Positions 56,642 to 64,000 of a stretch of 64,000 nt of DNA are shown here, in pieces. The stretch is from a virus (taxonomy: Duplodnaviria; Caudoviricetes). A program made the translations under genes and the position numbers. Within the stretch, counting starts at the first letter, position 1. Each line of letters opens with the position of its first letter. Location: positions 1 to 64,000 of the IMG/VR virus record IMGVR_UViG_3300012953_003264; one strand, written 5' to 3'. The notes under the pieces were generated by a model. That model saw nothing but the letters and a program-made list of their open reading frames with translations. It did no database searches and was not told where the DNA came from.

Positions 56642-57511
56642 ATGAAAAGAGTTGTTTATAGTATTTACATTGATGTGCCTGAAAAAGAACATTATGCCAC
56701 GAACTTTGATTTTGAGATAAATCAAAACAACAAAAGAGCCGAACTTACTAGGCAAAGTTTCAAGACACATTACGATAGACTTATACAAGTTAAAAAAGAA
56801 TACGCTGAAAAGATAGGCGCTGATTTTTTAATGTATGAGTATGATTCAAAATATAAAGATTTTTTAAAAGAAATGAATTATAAGGAGTTGACAGGATATG
56901 AAATTGTTAACTTTTATAAGATATATCTTTTAGATAAACTTGCTGAAGAATATGATGAGATATTATATTTAGATTTTGACGCAATACCAGTAACTAATGA
57001 AAACTTTTTTGAACATTGGAACTTATCAAAAGGTATTGTAGTTTTAAATAATGATGACCAAATTAGAAGACATAAAGCAATACAACATTTAAGGCAAAGT
57101 ACAAGAAGTCCTACGGCAAAATATTATAACGCTCAGGCAATGTTGTTAGAAAATGGCAAAAGTCCTAAAAACAATGTTATCAATACAGGTATTATAGGCA
57201 TATCAAAAGAACATGTAAAACAATTAAACTATTTTGGTAATTTTAAAGAAACAATTGATTTAATGACCTATCTAATTAATGAAAAAGATAGTATGTATCC
57301 TGATAATATAAAAGATATGTTTAGATATGATAACGAAACAATATTTTCTTACAAAATAAAAATGAATGATTTACCTGTGCAATGGTTTGATGACGAATGG
57401 CACTATTTTTATTCTCAACAACTTTACATACCTAGAGAAACAAAAATTGTACATTGTGTTTGCAAAGACTTTGATACAGTATGGAAATTTTATGACAAAA
57501 TTAATTTTTAG
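56642..57511 (+). CDS. GT-A glycosyltransferase-like protein (GT34/Mnn10-like)
   Basis: EYAEKIGADF, LYLDFD, NTGII, NETIF. Confidence 0.7.
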   Translation: MKRVVYSIYIDVPEKEHYATNFDFEINQNNKRAELTRQSFKTHYDRLIQVKKEYAEKIGADFLMYEYDSKYKDFLKEMNYKELTGYEIVNFYKIYLLDKLAEEYDEILYLDFDAIPVTNENFFEHWNLSKGIVVLNNDDQIRRHKAIQHLRQSTRSPTAKYYNAQAMLLENGKSPKNNVINTGIIGISKEHVKQLNYFGNFKETIDLMTYLINEKDSMYPDNIKDMFRYDNETIFSYKIKMNDLPVQWFDDEWHYFYSQQLYIPRETKIVHCVCKDFDTVWKFYDKINF

Positions 57512-58412
57512 TATATACTTTAAGAAAATATCTGGCAATGAAAAACATACAGATAGATTTAAAAAGTTAGAATTACATTATAAAAAACTGGTAGAATATA
57601 AAAAAAATTACGCCAAAAAGATAGGTGCTGATTTTAGAATATATACAAATGATGATTTATATATTAATTTTGATGATAAACAAAGCTTTCATATTGACAC
57701 TTCATGGTCTGATTTTAAAGAAAAATATAAAGACTATGAGTTTGATGTACTAAATTTATTTAAGTTACATCTATTAGAAAAGGTCGCTAAAGAATACGAC
57801 AATGTTTTATATTTAGATATGGATGTGGTGCCTAATACAAAAACAAGTTTTTTTGATGAGTTTGATATGAATAAATTGTGTGTTAGGTCTATAAATGCAA
57901 CGACAGATGTATTACCTATGAAGTTTCAAAAACATATTAAATCTGGTAAAAAAAGTTATATAAAAATTATAAGACTATTAGACAAATATAATGAACATGT
58001 AAAAGCTCTATGTAAAAAAGCAATGTTGATTAACCAAAATATAGCATGTAAAGATTACGAATTAGTAAATACTGGTATAGTTGGTGGTAATAGAAAAGCA
58101 ATAGAACAATTAAAATTTACAGATAATTTAGAACACATGTTACAAGTTTTAAAAGACACTAAAGAAGAACTGTTTTATGATAAAGATATTACAGATTATT
58201 TCTTTCCTAATAATGAGGTCTTTTTTCATTATCTGTTAGATAAAAACAAATTAGATTGGTTTAATTTGCCAGAAAAATGGCATAAAATCAATTATGGTTT
58301 AGAAGACTCTGAAATTACAGATGAATATAAAGAATGTAAAATGATTCATGTTATTAGTAAGAAGTTTGATAAACTATGGAAAATATTAGAAAATAATGTG
58401 GAAAAACAATAA
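57492..58412 (+). CDS. GT-A glycosyltransferase-like protein, paralog of 56642-57511
   Basis: NYAKKIGADF, LYLDMD, NTGIV, NEVFF; start moved to MTKLIF. Confidence 0.7.
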   Translation: MTKLIFSIYFKKISGNEKHTDRFKKLELHYKKLVEYKKNYAKKIGADFRIYTNDDLYINFDDKQSFHIDTSWSDFKEKYKDYEFDVLNLFKLHLLEKVAKEYDNVLYLDMDVVPNTKTSFFDEFDMNKLCVRSINATTDVLPMKFQKHIKSGKKSYIKIIRLLDKYNEHVKALCKKAMLINQNIACKDYELVNTGIVGGNRKAIEQLKFTDNLEHMLQVLKDTKEELFYDKDITDYFFPNNEVFFHYLLDKNKLDWFNLPEKWHKINYGLEDSEITDEYKECKMIHVISKKFDKLWKILENNVEKQ

Positions 58413-59514
58413 TCTCAAAGTCATGTTTGACATATCAACCAGATGTAATGCTGGTTGCCCCCAATGTCATAGAACCGATACAAACAATGTATCAAAAAAA
58501 GTATCTTGGTTACCAGATGTAGTTTGGTCTTTTGAAAATTTTAAAAAGGCAGTACCACCAAAAATGGCTAAAGATATGAAGACAGCTGACTTTTGTGGAA
58601 CCTGGGGCGACCCTATTACTAATAATGATTTAATAGATATAGTTAAATATCTAGTTACAGAAAATCCTAGAATTAATATAGATTTAAACACCAATGGCTC
58701 TTTAAGAAATGAAGATTGGTGGTGGAGATTAGGTGTGGCAGGTGGTAGAAATCTATGTGTTACTTTTGCTGTTGAAGGCATAAATCAAGAAATGCATGAA
58801 CACTATAGACAAAACACTTATTTAAATAAAATTCTTGAAAATATGAGAGTTGTATCTAATACTTTAGCATTTGTAAAAACACAATGTCTAGTTTGGAAAC
58901 ACAATGAAAATCATTTACAAGAGATAGAAGACATGTGTATAAAAAACGGTTCTAAATCTCATGTGTTAATGGTGACAGATAGATTTGGTGATGAAGGTAC
59001 ATCCGAGTTAAAATTCGTTCATAAAGGTAAAGAGAAAGTATTAGAACAAACAAATTGGAAAGTAGAAAATACTAATGATAATATAGTACAAACAAGTAGA
59101 AGAAGGTATCGTAGAAGAGAAAAAGAATTACCTGGTAAATCTGTAGAGATGGTTAGAAAATTAAGAAAACAACAAAGTAAAATGGATATTACTTGCGAAT
59201 GGGGTAATAATAATAAAGTAGTTGTTAATCCTGATGGCCAAGTTTGGCCTTGTTGTTTTTTCTGTAACCCTACCTATAAATCACAATTTGTTGAAGGATA
59301 TGACGCTAAGTTTAAGAACAATCCTGTTATGATGGAATATGAAAAAAATAAATCCGATTTAAATGTATTTAAAAATAGTTTAGATAAAATTATAAATGAC
59401 AAATGGTACAAAACTACACTACCGAATAGTTGGCAATCTGATAAACCTGTAAGTCAATGTATTAGATATTGTGGTAAAAAAAGTAAAATGAAAGAAATGC
59501 TGGATAAAATTTAA
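58396..59514 (+). CDS. Radical SAM enzyme with SPASM/twitch domain
   Basis: CNAGCPQC, GTWGDP, NPDGQVWPCC...CIRYC. Confidence 0.9.
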   Translation: MWKNNNLKVMFDISTRCNAGCPQCHRTDTNNVSKKVSWLPDVVWSFENFKKAVPPKMAKDMKTADFCGTWGDPITNNDLIDIVKYLVTENPRINIDLNTNGSLRNEDWWWRLGVAGGRNLCVTFAVEGINQEMHEHYRQNTYLNKILENMRVVSNTLAFVKTQCLVWKHNENHLQEIEDMCIKNGSKSHVLMVTDRFGDEGTSELKFVHKGKEKVLEQTNWKVENTNDNIVQTSRRRYRRREKELPGKSVEMVRKLRKQQSKMDITCEWGNNNKVVVNPDGQVWPCCFFCNPTYKSQFVEGYDAKFKNNPVMMEYEKNKSDLNVFKNSLDKIINDKWYKTTLPNSWQSDKPVSQCIRYCGKKSKMKEMLDKI

Positions 59515-60647
59515 TGGGCTTTTTAAAAAGAAATAAAAGTTATTGTGTAATGCCTTTTAGTGAGATATATGCTGATAGTGCCGGCAGATATAAACTATGT
59601 TGTCATGCTGGTAAAATGGATGAACTAAAAAAATATAACACATCTACACACAACCCATTTGACTTTTTCTTATCTAAAGAAATGGATGAAGTAAGAAATA
59701 AAATGTTGAGTGGTATAAAAATACCCGAATGTCAAATTTGTTATGACCAAGAAAAACATGGTAAATCATTTAGAACTGGAAAATATAATGACAGATACAA
59801 TATCGTAACAGAGCCTATTGAAATAGGTCTAAAGCTTAGAGTAAATGGTTCATTTTGCAATTTATCTTGTTACATGTGCCACCCTTATAACTCATCTACT
59901 AAACGAAATGAAATGAAAGAAACTTTTGGTACACAATTGGTTAAAGGTTTTTATAATGATAGTAACCAATATAAAGCTGTGAAACATGACCGTTGGAATA
60001 GTATTATTGATGACATTTTAAAACACATACATTTAATTAAACATATTCATTTAACAGGAGGTGAACCTTTACAATTACCTAAACATTGGGAAATGATTGA
60101 TAAAATACCAAAAGAACATGCAAAAAATATTGGTTTAGCTTATGACACAAATCTTACTGAATTAAGATATAAAAATCATTCAGTTTATGATGTTATAGAT
60201 AAATTTAAAAGAGTATATTACGGTATATCCTGTGACCATTATCAAGAAAAATTATCATGGATAAGATACCCTATTGATGTAAAAAAATTTGAAAGTAATT
60301 TAAAAGAGATGGCAGCTCACACGGATAGGCGTATCAATGTTACAATATCAATGTTAAATGTGGATGATTTATTAGATATTAAAAAATATTATAAAAATAA
60401 TTTTAATGTAGATACAAACTTTAATAATATATGTATAGCTCCTTTTCCATTATCTGTACGAAATCATAAAAATAAAAAAGAACTTATAGAAAAATACAAA
60501 GATTTACCTGAATTTAGTAAAGTTGTTACAGAATTACAAAAATATGTTACTGATAAAGATAATATAAAAATGATAGATTACCTAGACGCATTATCTAAAA
60601 AAAGAAACTTTGACTGGAGAAATTTATGGAAAAATGGCGTGGTATAA
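59514..60647 (+). CDS. Radical SAM enzyme with N-terminal twitch-like Cys cluster
   Basis: CVMPF..LCC..CQIC; CNLSCYMC; TGGEP. Confidence 0.88.
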   Translation: MGFLKRNKSYCVMPFSEIYADSAGRYKLCCHAGKMDELKKYNTSTHNPFDFFLSKEMDEVRNKMLSGIKIPECQICYDQEKHGKSFRTGKYNDRYNIVTEPIEIGLKLRVNGSFCNLSCYMCHPYNSSTKRNEMKETFGTQLVKGFYNDSNQYKAVKHDRWNSIIDDILKHIHLIKHIHLTGGEPLQLPKHWEMIDKIPKEHAKNIGLAYDTNLTELRYKNHSVYDVIDKFKRVYYGISCDHYQEKLSWIRYPIDVKKFESNLKEMAAHTDRRINVTISMLNVDDLLDIKKYYKNNFNVDTNFNNICIAPFPLSVRNHKNKKELIEKYKDLPEFSKVVTELQKYVTDKDNIKMIDYLDALSKKRNFDWRNLWKNGVV

Positions 60648-61570
60648 ACATAGACGCCAGCGCTAAGTGTACACTTGAATGTCCTAAATGTTTAAGACAA
60701 ACATTAAGAAAAGATGGTGTAAAAATACCAGGTGAAGATATGTCTATTACAACTTATAAAAAGTTGTTAAAATATTATGATGGTGGAATAGTATTTTGTG
60801 GTCAATTATCTGACCCTATATTTAATGATAATTTAATTGAAATGTTAAAGTTATCAAAAGATAGACCATGGGTACATATTAATACAGCTGCTACATCTAA
60901 AAAAAGAAAAAAAGACTGGTACGAAAAAGCATTTAAAGCCAATCTAAAAGCTCAATGGACTTTTGGTATTGATGGTCTACCACATCAAAGTTATATTTAC
61001 AGAATAGGTCAAGACGGTGAATTTTTATTTGATATGATGAAGTTTGGTAAAGAGTGTGGTGTTAAAGTATTATGGCAATATATAATATTTAAATATAATG
61101 AAAAATATATAGATAAAGCTAAACAACTTGCAAAAGAACACAATATACCTTTTGAATTAAATTATTCTGGTAGGTGGAATGATGAAAGCGATTATGACCC
61201 ATATAAACCTTCATTAGAAAATAGAATTGTAAGTAAACATAATAGAGGGCATTTAAAAAGAAAATTTACTCCAAAATGTATTAAAGACAACATACCTGTG
61301 GCAATATCAGCCACACAATCTTTATTACCTTGTTGTTGGATTGATAAGAGAGAAGGTTGGGCAGACCCTATACTTAAAAAGTTTTTTAACGATAAACTAA
61401 ATTTAAAAAATGTAGATAGTGTTGATGATATAATAAAAACTGGAACATGGCAAGAGTTTTTTTCATTGCTTATAAATAATCCAGAGTTGGCACCAGACCT
61501 TTGTAAACATCATTGTACATCAAAGGTTAATGAAAACCCTAATAGAATGAGAATAGTACAAAATGATTAA
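60626..61570 (+). CDS. Radical SAM enzyme with SPASM/twitch domain
   Basis: CTLECPKC, GQLSDP, LLPCCW...CKHHC. Confidence 0.88.
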   Translation: MEKWRGINIDASAKCTLECPKCLRQTLRKDGVKIPGEDMSITTYKKLLKYYDGGIVFCGQLSDPIFNDNLIEMLKLSKDRPWVHINTAATSKKRKKDWYEKAFKANLKAQWTFGIDGLPHQSYIYRIGQDGEFLFDMMKFGKECGVKVLWQYIIFKYNEKYIDKAKQLAKEHNIPFELNYSGRWNDESDYDPYKPSLENRIVSKHNRGHLKRKFTPKCIKDNIPVAISATQSLLPCCWIDKREGWADPILKKFFNDKLNLKNVDSVDDIIKTGTWQEFFSLLINNPELAPDLCKHHCTSKVNENPNRMRIVQND

Positions 61571-62315
61571 AATATTTACGGTGTACTTTGACGGAAAATA
61601 TACACCAGATTATGTTGAAAAACTTTGGAATGGTTTAAAAAGAAATTGTACACTACCATTTGAGTTTATTTGTTATAGTGATAATCCTAATGTAAAGGCT
61701 GATAGAGTTATTCCTTTACCTAATCCAAAACATACACCAATTAAAAAACATTGGCACAAAATGAGTGTCTTTTCGCCTTTGTTTGGCTATCAAAATCCAG
61801 ATGATGAGATTATAATAATGGATATTGACCAGATAATATTAGGTAACATTGACCATATTATTGGAAGACCAGTAGGAAATAATCAAATAATATCTTATAA
61901 GAAATGGTGGGGATTTGATAACTTACCTTTAAATGGTGGATTTTATAAATTTAAATCTGGTGGTGCATGTAAACAAATATGGCAGGAGTTTTTAAAATGT
62001 CCTGAAGATTGGCAGTTACATTACTTTAAAAAAATGACCGTTCATTACAAATATTTTGGAGAACAAAACTTTGTTCATAGATGTGTAGAAAAATTTAATA
62101 TTGATTTAATTACACTACCTGGCAATCAGATTTGTAAAATAACAAATGATAAAAAACAAAATATGGAAGTATCTTTAGAATATATGAAAAGATATAATGC
62201 TGATTATATGATTTTAGATAAACCTCATCCTGATATTAAGATTATACACTTTGCAAATCCACACACAACCATACACGAGTCTGAATATGAATGGATTAAG
62301 GATTATTGGAAATGA
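61563..62315 (+). CDS. GT-A glycosyltransferase-like protein (GT8-like)
   Basis: KY..DYVEKL, MDID, NGG, GEQNF, IIHF. Confidence 0.7.
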   Translation: MIKIFTVYFDGKYTPDYVEKLWNGLKRNCTLPFEFICYSDNPNVKADRVIPLPNPKHTPIKKHWHKMSVFSPLFGYQNPDDEIIIMDIDQIILGNIDHIIGRPVGNNQIISYKKWWGFDNLPLNGGFYKFKSGGACKQIWQEFLKCPEDWQLHYFKKMTVHYKYFGEQNFVHRCVEKFNIDLITLPGNQICKITNDKKQNMEVSLEYMKRYNADYMILDKPHPDIKIIHFANPHTTIHESEYEWIKDYWK

Positions 62316-62710
62316 TTGTAAATAAAAGTTTTATGATGATAAAAACTATCTCTTATGCCTTGAATGATATAAAATATAAAGTAGATTGTTTAGAACAATT
62401 AAAACAATACAAATTTAATAGAATTCTTTTACCTAATTTTAGTTATGGTGTTTTTGAAAATGTATTAACTATTCATATGGAATATATAAAAGGTCAACAA
62501 ATTACTTCAAATAAAAAAAAGAGTTATACAGATATAGTATATGAAGATTTGGTATGTTCAACAAATCCTATATCAGCAAAGGGTTATGCTTTAGAAAATT
62601 TTATTATAACAGGAGATAAAATATATTATATTGATTTAGAAGATATGGCATTTTGTAGTATAGAAGACCGAAAGATAAAGTTTAAAAAAGATTGGATAGA
62701 TGAAAAATGA
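62306..62710 (+). CDS. Hypothetical protein with degenerate kinase-like motifs
   Basis: IHMEYIKG...ENFII...IYYIDLED. Confidence 0.45.
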   Translation: MEMIVNKSFMMIKTISYALNDIKYKVDCLEQLKQYKFNRILLPNFSYGVFENVLTIHMEYIKGQQITSNKKKSYTDIVYEDLVCSTNPISAKGYALENFIITGDKIYYIDLEDMAFCSIEDRKIKFKKDWIDEK

Positions 62711-63294
62711 GCACACATTATAAAAGAATAATTTGTGTTAATACTGGAGATAAATTTTCTAAATGGTATACTGATAACTTAAAGTATATGATTGATGTAT
62801 GGTCAGGTTTAGGTTATGACCATTTTGAAGTTATAGATGAAGAGAAACATAATGGCGTTTTTAATAAACTTCAAATGTTTGATAAATTTAGAGATGGTGA
62901 AAATATATACTTTGATTTAGATGTTTGTATATATGATAAACTTCCTAATTTAAAAAGGCAAAATTTAACGGTATTACATGCGTGGTGGAGAGATAGATGG
63001 CACACATCACTAAACTCTTCAATTATATCTTGGACAGGCGACCAATCACATATCTATAAAAAATTTATAGAAAAACCTGAATACTATCAGGAAAAATATA
63101 ACAAAGGTATAGACCAAATGTTAGAAGAAATGTATAACCCTGCTACATTTGGTAAAGTATGTTATACTATTCAAAATAATGAGTTTGAAGATAAGAATAA
63201 AGAATATCCGATGGTATTATTTAATCAAAGACAATTCTTAATGGAACCAGGTTGGTCTGGTTGGTGGACTAATTATTTTCTTCCCAAATACTAA
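62707..63294 (+). CDS. GT-A glycosyltransferase-like protein, related to 61563-62315
   Basis: GDKFSKWY, NKLQMF, YFDLD, NSSI, GIDQ. Confidence 0.68.
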   Translation: MSTHYKRIICVNTGDKFSKWYTDNLKYMIDVWSGLGYDHFEVIDEEKHNGVFNKLQMFDKFRDGENIYFDLDVCIYDKLPNLKRQNLTVLHAWWRDRWHTSLNSSIISWTGDQSHIYKKFIEKPEYYQEKYNKGIDQMLEEMYNPATFGKVCYTIQNNEFEDKNKEYPMVLFNQRQFLMEPGWSGWWTNYFLPKY

Positions 63295-63802
63295 TAAAGT
63301 ATTTCAAAGCTTCTGCTGGAGATTTAGATTTTCTAATAGCAGATTTTAGTTTTTCATTTTTACTATTTTTTACAATTTCGTTTTCAAACAAGTAAATTTT
63401 CCATGAAAACAATTTGTCTAACTGTTCTTCATCTTTAGTTGTTAAAAATTTAATAATATGTTCATATAAATTTTCATCAACCTTTTCAGTTAATTTTTTA
63501 TAAAGACCTTCAGATTCAGCTATGTTTTTTACTTGAATTACAAAGTCTTCTCGTTCTTGTTTCTTTTGTTGCCAAGTGTTTTCGTGCAATTGTTCTAAAT
63601 CGCATATCTCTAATAATTCTTTACAAGTAGGATGCTCTTCATCATACTCTATAGTGTGAGGTCTAACTTCTACTTTTCCTGTGCCAAAATTAGGCTCTTT
63701 TAATAGAACTTCAATAGTTGTTCTATCATTATCAATAAAGTACGCTGTATAAAAGTTTTCTCTATTAATAGTATCTGTAGTTATTAAATTTTGTGTGTTC
63801 AT
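63269..63802 (-). CDS. Hypothetical protein
   Basis: 177-aa ORF translationally coupled to the upstream gene. Confidence 0.6.
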   Translation of the reverse strand: MNTQNLITTDTINRENFYTAYFIDNDRTTIEVLLKEPNFGTGKVEVRPHTIEYDEEHPTCKELLEICDLEQLHENTWQQKKQEREDFVIQVKNIAESEGLYKKLTEKVDENLYEHIIKFLTTKDEEQLDKLFSWKIYLFENEIVKNSKNEKLKSAIRKSKSPAEALKYFISIWEENN

Positions 63803-64000
63803 TAATTTACCACCTTGTTCTTTTTTATATAATCAAACAAATCAATGCTTGACTTCCAACCATAACTATTTAGTATAGTTGTATCTGCCTTATTATCAAA
63901 TCTTTCATTATCACCACCTATTTGACCTTTGGCCTCTATACCTACTCTAGTCAGAATATCCGTCAATTTATTTGAAACTCCTGTACCTACATCTAATATT
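63802..64000 (-). CDS. 3' end of a probable NAD-dependent epimerase/dehydratase
   Basis: Manual translation ILDVGTGVSNKL...ERFDNKADTTIL..YGWKSSIDLFDYI; partial. Confidence 0.55.
   Translation of the reverse strand, partial: ILDVGTGVSNKLTDILTRVGIEAKGQIGGDNERFDNKADTTILNSYGWKSSIDLFDYIKKNKVVN

Noticed and set aside
1108-58781. Many short opposite-strand or alternate-frame ORFs in the track (e.g. 3415-3789, 21247-21624, 45568-45969, 38255-38515)
   Set aside because: They are shadows of well-supported genes and have atypical composition.
1-64000. CRISPR arrays, tRNA genes, introns/inteins, homing endonucleases, stop-codon reassignment
   Set aside because: None was seen. Core genes are uninterrupted and of expected length in the standard code, and TAG is used as a stop (e.g. 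rpsU, gp3-region neighbours).

Overview
This is an AT-rich 64-kb segment of a T4-like myovirus genome. A marine alphaproteobacterial (SAR11/HTVC008M-like) host is inferred from rpsU, def, hemO-pcyX and the low GC; this is not proven. It contains: (i) host-takeover and replication genes (bS21, MoxR/CobS-like AAA+ with a VWA partner, MazG, a DruA/DUF4338-like protein, peptide deformylase, gp46/47, gp55, UvsW/UvsY); (ii) the core head, tail and packaging block gp3-gp23-gp22-gp21-gp20-gp19-gp18-gp17-gp16-gp15-gp14-gp13; (iii) a first enzyme island (heme oxygenase, PcyX-type bilin reductase, transporter, five 2OG-Fe(II) oxygenases, a U32-methyltransferase fusion); (iv) a tail-fibre module with recurring terminal motifs; and (v) a second enzyme island of about 17 kb carrying late-promoter motifs (six more 2OG oxygenases, flavin reductases, methyltransferases, a PLP enzyme, a desaturase, three radical SAM enzymes, four glycosyltransferase-like proteins). 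The most striking unexplained element is a GC-richer intergenic stretch of about 270 nt just downstream of bS21. It has its own late-promoter-like octamer and folds by eye into two back-to-back H-type pseudoknots plus hairpins, making it a candidate novel phage ncRNA. All calls come from motif recognition and manual base-pairing; no database searches were run.
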